Assembly (NCBI GenBank): GCA_038882655.1
Contig: JAVZNT010000003.1
Span: 12,411-76,410 of the forward strand
Length of the DNA: 64,000 nucleotides
From: Candidatus Bathyarchaeia archaeon
Lineage (GTDB): Archaea; Thermoproteota; Bathyarchaeia; Bathyarchaeales; Bathycorpusculaceae
Direction of reading: 5' to 3'
Both the position numbers and the translations under genes were made by a program. Shown one piece after another: positions 52,908 through 62,544 of the stretch. The notes under the pieces were generated by a model. The model had not been told where the DNA came from. It searched no databases and saw only the letters and a list, made by a program, of their open reading frames with translations. Positions within the stretch are counted from its first letter, which is position 1, and each line of letters starts with the position of its first letter.

Positions 52908-53129
52908 CCTGATAATTTCTGGTTATCCTCTTACCGTTATTTTCCTAAAAAGCGTTATGTTCAATTTTGCGGGTAGGTCAATTTTGTGCTGGTTTTCTAC
53001 TGTCAAAATTGGTAGCCCCTCTAGGTTTTTGGTGTTGGGTTGGAAGTGGCAATCTTTTGCAGTTTGTTTGCATGGTTTTATGTTTTTCATTCGTCAAGTT
53101 TTTATGGTTTGTTGGCTTTTGTGTTTTTG

Positions 53130-54017
53130 ATGTTTGGCGAGGAGTTTTTTGTTAATCGTTATCGGCTGTTTGGTTGGGAGTTTAGGGATGTTACGCCAAA
53201 ACAAGCCATCAGAGTTAATTTCATGAATGTTAAGGGCATCAACATCTTGGAGAGGCTTAAGGGTTTGGGGGTTAAGCTTGAGGGAATTCATTTTCTGCGC
53301 GGTGGTTATTGGGTTGTGCGTTCGGAGTTTTCTGTCGGCGCTACAATAGAATATCTTTTGGGCTATTACTCTGTCCAGGAAGCTGCAGCTCAAATCCCAG
53401 CAACATTGTTTACAGATTTAAGAGGCAAGACTGTTCTGGATGCCTGTGCTGCCCCGGGCGGAAAGACTGTTCAGTTGGCTGATTTGATGGAGAACACTGG
53501 TGTTATTGTGGCTTTGGACGTTGATGGGCGGAGGCTTAACGCCCTAATGAATCAGCTGGAGCGGTGCTGCGTAAAAAACACTATTGTTTATAGGTTGGAT
53601 GCCCGAAAGGCTTCAAGGTTGGGTTTAAGGTTTGATAGGATACTGCTTGATGTTCCGTGCTCGGGCAATTTTGCTACCGACAAAGACTGGTTTAGTCGAA
53701 GGACACTGGCTGATGTTAAGCGAAACGCCAAGCTTCAAAGGGAGATTCTCGCCGAAGCCGCCAAGGTTCTAAGGAAAGACGGCGAAATAATTTATGCCAC
53801 ATGCTCCCTAGAGCCAGAAGAAGACGAACTAAACATTGACTGGGCTGTGAAGAACCTTGGTCTTGAAACCGTGGAGATAGAATGTTATGGCGAGGAAGCG
53901 CCAACAGAGATTTTCGGCAAAAAATTGGATGATTCTGTAAGAAATTGTCGCCGCATATGGCCCGGTGAAACTCAAGGCTTCTTTGTATGCAAACTCAAAA
54001 AACGCAAGCAAAGGTGA
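53130..54017 (+). CDS. NOL1/NOP2/Sun-family RNA cytosine-C5 methyltransferase
   Basis: SAM motif DACAAPGGKT. Catalytic motifs LLDVPCSG and IYATCSLEPEEDE. The ATG at 53130 is preferred, because the track extension from 53040 lies in GT-rich low-complexity sequence. Confidence 0.9.
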   Translation: MFGEEFFVNRYRLFGWEFRDVTPKQAIRVNFMNVKGINILERLKGLGVKLEGIHFLRGGYWVVRSEFSVGATIEYLLGYYSVQEAAAQIPATLFTDLRGKTVLDACAAPGGKTVQLADLMENTGVIVALDVDGRRLNALMNQLERCCVKNTIVYRLDARKASRLGLRFDRILLDVPCSGNFATDKDWFSRRTLADVKRNAKLQREILAEAAKVLRKDGEIIYATCSLEPEEDELNIDWAVKNLGLETVEIECYGEEAPTEIFGKKLDDSVRNCRRIWPGETQGFFVCKLKKRKQR

Positions 54018-54024
54018 AATAATT

Positions 54025-54492
54025 ATGGCGAAGACCATAGAAGATTTTGCCAAACTGTTTGGTGCAAAAATTAGCTTGGAAAAGAGTTTGGTGTTTAAGA
54101 AGAAGGACAAGTTTTTCTTGTTTGGTCCGAATTTGAAGAAATTAGCCGGGAAAGGCGGAGGCTGGCTTTTTGCAGGCACATATCTTGGCAAAATCGAGAA
54201 TGGAGAGCTCTTTCCAAGTTTTCCCTTGCTTTCTATGGTTGCAGAGCAAGCCAAAAACAAGGTGGTTGTTGATGATAAGACGGCTTGGCTTTTCGTCTGC
54301 GGCAGAGACATATTCAAGGAAGGGATATTGGAGGCTTATGGCTCAAGGAGTAGAGGCGCCTACACATTGGTTTTTAATCGTTATGGCGAGTGCCTTGGCT
54401 TTGGCAAAATAGAAAGAGACTTAGACGAGACGAAAAGGGGCGTAGTCATCAAAAATATTTTGGATGTTGGAGATTTCCTAAGAAGGGAGTGA
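54025..54492 (+). CDS. Nip7-like PUA-domain protein (ribosome biogenesis factor homologue)
   Basis: C-terminal PUA-like region YTLVFNRYGECLGFGKIE...GVVIKNILDVGDFLR. ATG at 54025. Adjacent to the NOP2/Sun methyltransferase gene. Confidence 0.65.
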   Translation: MAKTIEDFAKLFGAKISLEKSLVFKKKDKFFLFGPNLKKLAGKGGGWLFAGTYLGKIENGELFPSFPLLSMVAEQAKNKVVVDDKTAWLFVCGRDIFKEGILEAYGSRSRGAYTLVFNRYGECLGFGKIERDLDETKRGVVIKNILDVGDFLRRE

Positions 54493-54512
54493 AACACGAG
54501 AATTTTAGAGAC

Positions 54513-55811
54513 CTAAACTTCGCCAGATTTTATTTTTTTGGCTAGTTCCTCAATTTTGACCTTGCTTTGTTCTTTTTTCTGCATGTTTCTTAGGACGACT
54601 GCTCCCACGCTTAGTTCTTTTTCGCCAACTATTATTACGTGACTCATGCCCCTTCTATTCGCGTCTTCCAAAGCCTTTGTAACCTTCCGCCTAATGACTT
54701 CTGTTTCAACGGCTATTCCCTCGTTCCTCAGCATTTCTGAAATCTTCAAGGCTTCATTGTTTAAGTTTTCACTAACTGGAATAACCATAACTCTCTTTTC
54801 CTCTTCGGCTGGTAGGATAGTTTTCTGCTCTTGCATGGCAAGCATTATTCTATCTATTCCATGGGCAACCCCAACGGCCGGCGTTGGTTCTCCACCAAAA
54901 AGCTCTACAAGTTTGTCATACCTTCCCCCACCAGCTAGTGCAATGTCCAATTCTGGGGCGTAAACCTCAAAAATCATTCCAGTATAATATTCTAATCCAC
55001 GGGCAAAACCAGCATCCAAAATGATTTCCAGCTCTTTTTCCGACTCCATTATTAGTTTGATAATTTCACCGAGGTTTTCCACCGCTTCGGAAGCTTTCCC
55101 GTAATCTTTCACGAGTGTTCCCATTTCCTCCAGAATACTCGCGATGTTGCTTCCCCTTAAATCGACCAGCCTCTGGAGCGTTTTTAGGCACTTACTTGAT
55201 GAGCCAGCTTCCGTTACAATGCCTAGTGCTTCCTTATACTGTTTTTTGTCCATTAACTGCATAACGCGGTTTTGGGTTTCCTCTTCTAATCCTTCGCTGT
55301 TTAAAATGCCTCTTAAAACGCCGACATGTCCAACCTTGAAGGCGTAGTTTTTTAGCCCAACAGCCCTCATTAAAGTGTTTGTTAAAAGAAGCACTTCTGC
55401 GTCTGCTTCTGGTTTTTCAGAGCCCATAAGTTCAAAGTTTGACTGCCAAAACTCTCTAAAGCGTCCTTTTTGGGGTTCGTCATATCTGTAAAGGCTTCCA
55501 ATGCAAAAAAGCCTTAATGGTTTAGGCTCATTTCGCATCGTTGTTGCCACAAGCCTTGCAACGGAAGCCGTGAACTCTGGTCTTAGGGCGACTTTTCTCC
55601 CGCCTAAATCTTCAAAGGCGTACATTCTTGCGCGGACTTCTTCGCCTGCCTTTGCCGCCACAAGCTCATAGGACTCTACAACTGGGGTTATTATTTCCTT
55701 GTATCCGTATAGTTTGGCTGTTTTTCTGGCTTTTTCCTCTATTAAGCGCATTATTTTTGCTTCTTCCGGTAGGAAGTCCCTCATTCCACGGACTGTTTTG
55801 TAGGCGCTCAT
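54513..55811 (-). CDS. hisS: histidyl-tRNA synthetase
   Basis: Class II motifs VRGMRDFLP, LYRYDEPQKGRFREFWQ and GGGRYD. C-terminal anticodon-binding domain. Confidence 0.95.
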   Translation of the reverse strand: MSAYKTVRGMRDFLPEEAKIMRLIEEKARKTAKLYGYKEIITPVVESYELVAAKAGEEVRARMYAFEDLGGRKVALRPEFTASVARLVATTMRNEPKPLRLFCIGSLYRYDEPQKGRFREFWQSNFELMGSEKPEADAEVLLLTNTLMRAVGLKNYAFKVGHVGVLRGILNSEGLEEETQNRVMQLMDKKQYKEALGIVTEAGSSSKCLKTLQRLVDLRGSNIASILEEMGTLVKDYGKASEAVENLGEIIKLIMESEKELEIILDAGFARGLEYYTGMIFEVYAPELDIALAGGGRYDKLVELFGGEPTPAVGVAHGIDRIMLAMQEQKTILPAEEEKRVMVIPVSENLNNEALKISEMLRNEGIAVETEVIRRKVTKALEDANRRGMSHVIIVGEKELSVGAVVLRNMQKKEQSKVKIEELAKKIKSGEV

Positions 55812-55841
55812 AGCAGTTCACGTTTTAGGCTTACGTCCCTT

Positions 55842-56402
55842 TTATGGTAGGGTTAATTGTGAGACGGAATAGTAAACTATTTCGCCTCTTCGGCTCATAA
55901 CCGCCAAAATAAGCTCCTTTTTTAAGCTTTGGCACTGCCTCATTATTTGGGTTAATTCCTCCATTGTTAATGGTCTGCCTTCTTGAAGGCTTAGAATTAG
56001 GTATTTGGCTGTGTCCTTTCCATATTCGCCTCTTTCGTAAACTCTGAAGTCTACGCCTAAGCCGAAGCCTTCGCGGACAACGTATCCGCGGTTTCTTAGG
56101 TCTCTGTAAACAAGGTACTTAGCCCAAGCATTCTCATCTTTTTTCTCCGCAACCTGCAAGAGTTGTTGGAAGTCCATTTCCCCACCCTTCTCGTCTTTAA
56201 CTAAAATTAAACCCTTGTCGAGGATATGAAGTGCCTCGTAAAAGTTTAGGAGGAGCTCACCGTTTTCTTCTATGCCGTAGCCTTTTGCTTTCAGCTCTTC
56301 TATTCTCTGTTTGCTGGCTATTTTCACTCCCTTTTCCGTTAATGTCCCTTCTATTCTTGTTTCTTGGCGGATTGGCTGCGGCTGCTCTTTATTTTTGCTC
56401 AT
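55842..56402 (-). CDS. endA: tRNA-splicing endonuclease (short, homotetramer-type subunit)
   Basis: YLVYRDLRNRGYVVREGFGLGVDFRVYERG...YLI is typical of EndA catalytic domains. Length is 186 aa. Confidence 0.9.
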   Translation of the reverse strand: MSKNKEQPQPIRQETRIEGTLTEKGVKIASKQRIEELKAKGYGIEENGELLLNFYEALHILDKGLILVKDEKGGEMDFQQLLQVAEKKDENAWAKYLVYRDLRNRGYVVREGFGLGVDFRVYERGEYGKDTAKYLILSLQEGRPLTMEELTQIMRQCQSLKKELILAVMSRRGEIVYYSVSQLTLP

Positions 56403-56406
56403 AGGC

Positions 56407-57426
56407 TTAACCGTGTTGGCTTATTTTTGCTAAATCGTCCTTATATAGAATGCCTTCCTCGCAGATGATTGCTGTCACATATTTTATTGGCGTAATGTCA
56501 AAGGCTGGATTTAGGACTGGAACGTCTTCCGGGGCTATCCGCTCAGAGCCTATACATGTCACTTCTTCTGGGCTTCGCTCCTCTATTGTTATGTCTGCTA
56601 CTGTGTGGGCTAAATCGAAGGTTGATTTTGGAGCCGCCACATAAAAGGGTATGCCATGCTCCTTGGCTAAAACCGCTATTTGATAGGTTCCAATTTTGTT
56701 GATGACGGCGTCCCGCACTATACGGTCAGCTCCAACAATAACCTTGTTGACTATGCGCTTATACATGACGTATCCCACCATAGTGTCGCTTATCAAGATG
56801 ACTGGTATGCCGTCCCGTTTAAGCTCGTAGACTGTTAGGCGCGCGCCTTGCAGTTTAGGTCTTGTTTCGGTGGCAATAACCCTAACCTTCTTGCCTTGTT
56901 TAACGGCTGCCCTAATAATGCCTAGGGCTGTTCCATAGTCAACTGTGGCTAGCGCCCCAGCATTACAATGCGTTAGCACAGTGTCCCCATCATTAATTAG
57001 GGCGGCTCCATACTTTCCCATCAAACGGTTTGCTGCGGCGTCCTCGTCAGCTATTTTATTTGCCTCTTCAACAACGGAGACGGCTAAATCCTCAACGTTT
57101 CCTTGGAAAGCCTTAGCCTTGTTTAAAATTCTGTCAACCGCCCAGAAGAGGTTAACCCCTGTTGGTCTGGTTTTCCATAACGTTTTTGCCTCCTCCTCCA
57201 ATTCGCGGATAAGGTCTTCTTTCCGCCGTGCCTTTGAATGATAAGCTGTCAGCGCCAAAGCGTAGGCTGCGGCAACCCCAATTAGTGGAGCGCCCCTAAT
57301 CTTCATGGTTTTTATGGCTTCAGTCACTTCACTACAATTTTTCAGCTCTAGAAACTCTGTTTTGTGAGGAAGCTTCGTCTGGTCTATTGTTATGACTGTT
57401 CCGTTGCGCCACATTATGGTTCGCAT
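56407..57426 (-). CDS. mtnA: eIF-2B alpha/beta/delta-family isomerase (methylthioribose-1-phosphate isomerase type)
   Basis: ITIDQTKLPHKTEFLELKNCSEVTEAIKTMKIRGAPLIGVAAAYALAL is the MtnA-type N-terminus. Confidence 0.8.
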   Translation of the reverse strand: MRTIMWRNGTVITIDQTKLPHKTEFLELKNCSEVTEAIKTMKIRGAPLIGVAAAYALALTAYHSKARRKEDLIRELEEEAKTLWKTRPTGVNLFWAVDRILNKAKAFQGNVEDLAVSVVEEANKIADEDAAANRLMGKYGAALINDGDTVLTHCNAGALATVDYGTALGIIRAAVKQGKKVRVIATETRPKLQGARLTVYELKRDGIPVILISDTMVGYVMYKRIVNKVIVGADRIVRDAVINKIGTYQIAVLAKEHGIPFYVAAPKSTFDLAHTVADITIEERSPEEVTCIGSERIAPEDVPVLNPAFDITPIKYVTAIICEEGILYKDDLAKISQHG

Positions 57427-57516
57427 CCGGCATCCGCCTCTCCATGCCCGCTAACCGTTTATGCCAGTATAAGTATAAATCTTGTTAGACACTTGTGAGA
57501 GGAGTGGCAAAAAGTT

Positions 57517-58227
57517 TTGAAGAGGGAAATCCTCCAAACCCTCGTTGAAAAACTTGGAACGCGATATTCCGAAATCTTAGGCATAGACCTAAAAAGCCGA
57601 GGGGAAAAGGAAATTTTCAAGTGGTTTTTGACTTCCATACTTTTTGGCGCGCCCATAACCGAAACTTCCGTCATAAAAACCTACAAGTGCTTCGAAAAGC
57701 ACGGTATCTTAACCCCGCAAAAGATTTTGGAAACCGGCTGGGATGGCTTGGTGCAGATTCTCGACGAGGGCAGTTACACACGTTACGACTTCAAAACGGC
57801 TGACAAGCTTCTCGAAGTTATGCGAAACCTAACTGAAAAGTATGGCGGTAAACTAACCACTCTCTATGAGGAAGCCCACAACCACGCAGATTTGGAAGAG
57901 AAGCTTAAAGGTTTAGGGAAGGGCGTCGGCGAAGTAACGGTGGGCATATTTCTAAGGGAACTGCGTGACGTTTGGGAAAAAGCCAAACCAAAACCAACAA
58001 GCCTCGTTGTAGTGGCAGTCAAAAACCTTGGAATAGTTGATGAGAAATCTCCAAAGGATGTTTTGCGACAACTTGAAGATTTTTGGGCTAAGAATGCTTT
58101 TTCCGGCGAGTCCTTCATAAACTTTGAAACTGCGCTGCTTCGCCTAGGCAAGAACTATTGTAGAAAAGAAAAGTGCGCCGCTTGCCCGGTTAGGGCGGAT
58201 TGCAAACGCCACGTTATGGAGGCTTGA
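57517..58227 (+). CDS. HhH-motif DNA-glycosylase-superfamily protein with a C-terminal Cys cluster
   Basis: Helix-hairpin-helix-like LKGLGKGVGEVTVGIFLREL. C-terminal CRKEKCAACPVRADC. TTG start. Confidence 0.55.
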   Translation: MKREILQTLVEKLGTRYSEILGIDLKSRGEKEIFKWFLTSILFGAPITETSVIKTYKCFEKHGILTPQKILETGWDGLVQILDEGSYTRYDFKTADKLLEVMRNLTEKYGGKLTTLYEEAHNHADLEEKLKGLGKGVGEVTVGIFLRELRDVWEKAKPKPTSLVVVAVKNLGIVDEKSPKDVLRQLEDFWAKNAFSGESFINFETALLRLGKNYCRKEKCAACPVRADCKRHVMEA

Positions 58228-58966
58228 TGTAGGTTACAACCTCTATTGGGCACTCTTCCGGAAGTTTCAGCCGTTTCCGCCACTCGTCGCCTATAGCTAT
58301 GAGAGAAAAAACTCCTGAAATTTCAGCCTTCGCCTTACGCACCAGATTGACGAGGGCTGCTTGTGTTTCGCCAGTCTTTATCATGTCATCCACTATTAGG
58401 ACGCTGTCGCGCTTTTTGATGGCTTCCTTTGGAACATAAAGCGTCATTGTTACGCCGGAATCTCTAAGCACATAAGTTTCTTCAAGGAATTCTTTAACTC
58501 CAACTTCCTTGCTTCTTTTGGCTATGACGAGGTTTACGCCTAAAGCATTTGCCACCATAGTCGCTAAAGGAATCCCATCCACCGCCGCTGTGAAAACTTT
58601 TGTAACGCGTTTTCCAGCAAAATTTGCAAGCGCATGATTAGCCGCCTGCTGAAGAATGTTAAAATCGCCGATAATCTCCGTGTTATCAAAATAACCATCC
58701 TCATTAAACCTTATTCTGTTCCGAAGTTCGTTCTCCAAACCAACAAACTTTGACAAAACCTTCCAAAGCTGCTTGGCTCTGGCAGTGTTGGGCAAAACAT
58801 GTCCTTTGGCGTATCTGCTTAAAACTGTTACTGGCAAGCCAGTTTTTGCCGACAACTCGCGGTATGTGATGTTCCGCTTATATTTGGCTGTTCTAAGAAG
58901 CTCTATGGTCATCAAGCGCAGTTTCAACTCTTCTGCATGTGTGCTCATCAGCCTTCCCCCATACAC
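58214..58966 (-). CDS. HTH plus phosphoribosyltransferase-domain protein (PyrE-like / GfcR-like regulator)
   Basis: N-terminal HTH YRELSAKTGLPVTVLSRYAKGHVLPN. PRPP-binding loop VLIVDDMIKTGETQ. Confidence 0.7.
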   Translation of the reverse strand: MYGGRLMSTHAEELKLRLMTIELLRTAKYKRNITYRELSAKTGLPVTVLSRYAKGHVLPNTARAKQLWKVLSKFVGLENELRNRIRFNEDGYFDNTEIIGDFNILQQAANHALANFAGKRVTKVFTAAVDGIPLATMVANALGVNLVIAKRSKEVGVKEFLEETYVLRDSGVTMTLYVPKEAIKKRDSVLIVDDMIKTGETQAALVNLVRKAKAEISGVFSLIAIGDEWRKRLKLPEECPIEVVTYIKPP

Positions 58967-59060
58967 ATGGACTAGTTAAATTTCAAGGCGTTTACATCTT
59001 ATTATTTCCTTACCAATTTATAATTTCCGCTCGAAAACCGAACAATGGCAAACGAACACT

Positions 59061-60011
59061 TCAAGGCGCCGCCGCTAAAACTACTTCAACAGAATACTCA
59101 AACCTGTCCCGGTAAACTGTTAGGTTGACTCTTTCGCCAGCCCTTTTCTTGTGAATTTCGCCTAGAAGCTTCTCTATCCGTGTTATGGGCACGTCGTCCA
59201 AAGCCAGTATTATGTCGCCAGCCACTATGCCAGCTTCATGTGCTGGGCTTCCATCCACAACTCTTGTCACCAACACACCCTCGTCTACTGGTATTCCATA
59301 ATAGCGGGAAATCTCTTTAGTAAGGCTTAAGCCCATTATCCCAAGCCACGGGCGTGTGTGTACTCCTTTTGATATGATTTCTGCTGCGCATTTATTAGCA
59401 GAGTTTATGGGAATGGCAAATCCGATTCCATGGGCGAATGGGATAATCGCCGTGCTTATGGCAACAACCTTGCCATTAACATCCACGAGGGGGCCACCGC
59501 TGTTTCCAGGGTTTATGGCTGCATCCGTCTGAACGAGGTTTTCCAAAAGCTCGTTTTTAGATTCTATGGTGCGGTTTAGAGCGCTTATAACCCCAGAAGT
59601 TATTGTGGGTCCGCCCGCCAAACCGAAGGGGTTGCCGATCGCGTAGACGCGTTGCCCAATCCTCAGCTTATCGGAGTCTCCCAACTCGGCGTAGGGCAAG
59701 CCTTTCTTATCAACTTTGACGACGGCTATGTCGTGGATTGTGCACGTTCCAAGCAAGCGTCCATTTAAAACCTCGCCGTTCCAGAGGGTGACAGCTATTC
59801 GTTCGGCGCCTTGAACCACATGATTATTCGTCAATATGTGGCCTTCACTGTCTATTATTGTTCCGGAGCCCATGCCCTTAACTGGAAAAACTTGATAGAA
59901 TACGTCTTGAATCAGCCTTATCGTGCTGATGTTAACAACACACTTGCTGGCTTTCTCTAGAACATCCAAAACCTTAGATTCATCATCCGATACCAATTTT
60001 AATCGCCACAC
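59061..60011 (-). CDS. HtrA/DegP-type trypsin-like serine protease with a PDZ domain
   Basis: Catalytic triad contexts LTNNHVV, DIAVVKV and GNSGGPLV. PDZ domain GVLVTRVVDGSPAHEAGIVAGDIILALDD. Confidence 0.9.
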   Translation of the reverse strand: MWRLKLVSDDESKVLDVLEKASKCVVNISTIRLIQDVFYQVFPVKGMGSGTIIDSEGHILTNNHVVQGAERIAVTLWNGEVLNGRLLGTCTIHDIAVVKVDKKGLPYAELGDSDKLRIGQRVYAIGNPFGLAGGPTITSGVISALNRTIESKNELLENLVQTDAAINPGNSGGPLVDVNGKVVAISTAIIPFAHGIGFAIPINSANKCAAEIISKGVHTRPWLGIMGLSLTKEISRYYGIPVDEGVLVTRVVDGSPAHEAGIVAGDIILALDDVPITRIEKLLGEIHKKRAGERVNLTVYRDRFEYSVEVVLAAAP

Positions 60012-60032
60012 ATAAAATCTGTTTTACATGAT

Positions 60033-61238
60033 TTAAACACTTTTCCCGCTGGTTTGAGTTTTTAAGTAAGCATTGATGAGCAGAGTCACCGCGGCGAATT
60101 GTGTTGCAAGAACATATGCTACCACCACCAAGTATGAAATGCTCAGCTCTATCATTAAGCCGTATACCGCCCCGCCAATTAGCATTCCAACACCATACGC
60201 TGTGTTAAATATGCCGTAGGCTGTTCCCCGCAAAGAGATTGGGGCAAAGCTGGAAACAGCTGCGCGGTAAATGGACTCTTGCATTCCCAAAACTAGACCG
60301 AAAAATGCTGCAGCAACGATGAGCATTGTTAAGTCTGCATTAGCCATAGCGAAAAATGTTGGAACAACCGATAGAATGAACGGCAGCATCAAAACCCTAA
60401 TCTTGAACTTGTCGTAGGCGAACCCGGCAAAAAGCGCTGTTGGTGCATCAACCCCTTGTATCAGCGTGTAGATTAAGGGAACAATCCACAACTGATTTGG
60501 CTCCAGAATTTTCGTAGCCCTAAGAAGTATCAGCTCAAAAGGTATAAGCCCAACCGCATTCAGCAAAACAGCCAAAGCGTAAACATAGAAGGCTTTCCCA
60601 AGTTTTTCTCCACCCTTTTCCAGCTTAGCCTCCGCTGGCTCGGCAGCTTTTCTCCAGCCAACCTTCCTAAACGTGTAGGCTAGAAATGCCAAAAGCATAA
60701 CGAAGGGCAATGCTAGAAGACTGAAGGTCAAATTATAATTATTGCTAGTGTAAAACATTAAGCCAGCCACGACGAGGGGACCTAAAATAGCGCCTATCTG
60801 GTCTAATAGCTCATGGATTCCAAAGGCTTTTCCAGCACCAACCCCTCGGCTTACAATTGATAACACCGCGTCTCTTGCCGGCGACCTTATGGCCTTTCCG
60901 ATTCTTTCCAGAAGCACCAGGATTATTGCTATTCCCCATATCCCTGCCACTCCTAGCAGTGGTATTGCCGCAATAAGCCCGTATCCCAGAAATATGAAAA
61001 GCCAGTAAGCCCTTGTGGTATCCGCAAGTTTCCCGCTTACAAGCCTTAAGGCGTATCCCAAAAACTCTCCAAATCTGCCGAAAAAGGCTATGGCAAAGGC
61101 GGAGGCTCCTAGAAACTCTAGGTATGGTGTAACAATTCCCTTTGAGCCCTCATAGACAACATCTCCCATGAGGCTCACTATTCCGAGAAGGAGAATAGCC
61201 ATGTAGGCATTTTTCGCGTTTACCAAGCCATGTTTCAT
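60033..61238 (-). CDS. MFS transporter
   Basis: 401 aa with about 12 TM helices. MFS loop-like LVSGKLADTTR. Confidence 0.8.
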   Translation of the reverse strand: MKHGLVNAKNAYMAILLLGIVSLMGDVVYEGSKGIVTPYLEFLGASAFAIAFFGRFGEFLGYALRLVSGKLADTTRAYWLFIFLGYGLIAAIPLLGVAGIWGIAIILVLLERIGKAIRSPARDAVLSIVSRGVGAGKAFGIHELLDQIGAILGPLVVAGLMFYTSNNYNLTFSLLALPFVMLLAFLAYTFRKVGWRKAAEPAEAKLEKGGEKLGKAFYVYALAVLLNAVGLIPFELILLRATKILEPNQLWIVPLIYTLIQGVDAPTALFAGFAYDKFKIRVLMLPFILSVVPTFFAMANADLTMLIVAAAFFGLVLGMQESIYRAAVSSFAPISLRGTAYGIFNTAYGVGMLIGGAVYGLMIELSISYLVVVAYVLATQFAAVTLLINAYLKTQTSGKSV

Positions 61239-61306
61239 TGTTGTTTTCCTGCTGAAAGTAACCCTTTAATTTAGGGTGAAGTTAAGAGTTTCGCTATCTT
61301 CTCAAG

Positions 61307-61729
61307 CTACTCCCTATCCTTCTCATCAAAACTGCTGTGCTCCTCGCTGTCCACGTCGAGGACAGCTACAACATCACCTTTCTCGCCAAAGACTGGCACG
61401 GCAATTTCAGACCTAGACCTTGGGTCACATACGATGTGTCCCGGAAACTCGTGAACATTTGGCACAATAATGGTTTTCCGGCTTTTGGCGCACTTTCCGC
61501 AAACGCCAGTATAGGCTATTCTGGCGCATGCTGGTGGTCCACGAGAATGTCCAAGTTCCAGCCGCTCTTCTTTTGGAATGTAGAATCCAACCCAAAAATA
61601 GTATGGGATTTTCGCCTTCAACACGCTACACACAAGCGCCATCCTTTCCTCGAAGGTTTTTCCCCTAATTTCTCTCTTTATAGTGTCGAGGCATTCGCTG
61701 TAAACTCTGTCTTTTTCATGATGTTCCAT
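61307..61729 (-). CDS. GAF-domain protein (free methionine-R-sulfoxide reductase family)
   Basis: WVGFYIPKEE...ACARIAYTGVCGKCA...IVPNVHEFPGHIVCDPRSRSEIAVPVF...AVLDVDS. Confidence 0.75.
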   Translation of the reverse strand: MEHHEKDRVYSECLDTIKREIRGKTFEERMALVCSVLKAKIPYYFWVGFYIPKEERLELGHSRGPPACARIAYTGVCGKCAKSRKTIIVPNVHEFPGHIVCDPRSRSEIAVPVFGEKGDVVAVLDVDSEEHSSFDEKDRE

Positions 61730-61839
61730 AATGCTCCACTCAGCTGTTGTGTTGCAAATTTAAAGCGTGTTTTTGTTGGATAAAGCTTTTATTGGTGCTC
61801 TAGGTTTAGTTTGGCAAATGCCCTAAAAGATGATGTGAA

Positions 61840-62544
61840 ATGGCTCTGCAAAAAGGCGAGTTTATACTGTTAGATTACACTGCCAAAGTGAAGGAGACAG
61901 GCGAAGTTTTCGACACCACAATTGAAGAAGTAGCCAAAAAAGAGCGCCTATACAAGGAGGGCGAAATCTACGAGCCAAAACTTGTTGTCATAGGCGAAGG
62001 TTGGGTCCTCAAGGCTTTAGATGAGAGCCTAACAGGCATGGAAGTTGGGAAAACCGAGACTGTGGAAATACCGCCGGAAAAAGCCTTCGGAGCCAGAGAC
62101 CCGGAAAAGGTTAGGCGGGTTCCTCTTAGGCACTTGACGGCTAAGGGCATAACCCCAACTCTTGGAATGCGCCTCGAATATGACGGTAAACTGGCGACTG
62201 TTAGGGCTATTGGCGCTGGGCGTGTCCTTTTAGACTTTAATCCTCCGTTGGCTGGAAAAACGCTTGTTTATGAAGTTGCAGTCAAAAAGAAGCTTGAAAC
62301 GCCTGAAGAGAAGATAGCCGCTTTAATTCACCGCAGAATACCAACAGTTGAGGTTGAAAAGTTCAAGTTCACGGTCAAGGCGAAAAATGTTAGCATAGAA
62401 ATGCCAGAAGAAGCCTTCTACTTGGAAGGAATTCAAGTTGCAAAGCGCGGCATAGCCTTAGACGTACAGAAGTTTTTCCCAGAAATAACAACCGTCAAGT
62501 TCACAGAAACTTTTAAGGCGGAGCCAAAACAAAAGTCTAAATAA
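61840..62544 (+). CDS. FKBP-type peptidyl-prolyl isomerase (long archaeal type with an insert-in-flap domain)
   Basis: GEFILLDYTAKVKETGEVFDTT...VVIGEGWVLKALDESLTGMEVG...DFNPPLAGKTLVYEV. Confidence 0.9.
   Translation: MALQKGEFILLDYTAKVKETGEVFDTTIEEVAKKERLYKEGEIYEPKLVVIGEGWVLKALDESLTGMEVGKTETVEIPPEKAFGARDPEKVRRVPLRHLTAKGITPTLGMRLEYDGKLATVRAIGAGRVLLDFNPPLAGKTLVYEVAVKKKLETPEEKIAALIHRRIPTVEVEKFKFTVKAKNVSIEMPEEAFYLEGIQVAKRGIALDVQKFFPEITTVKFTETFKAEPKQKSK

Noticed and set aside
52967-53155. 62-aa ORF, and the 30-codon extension of the methyltransferase ORF, in the G/T-rich spacer.
   Set aside because: The F/V/C/W/G-rich translation is a direct by-product of the GT-skewed low-complexity DNA. There is no ribosome-binding context.
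53829-54317. 162-aa minus-strand ORF antisense to the end of the methyltransferase gene and to the Nip7-like gene.
   Set aside because: It is a shadow ORF. The plus-strand genes carry clear family motifs.
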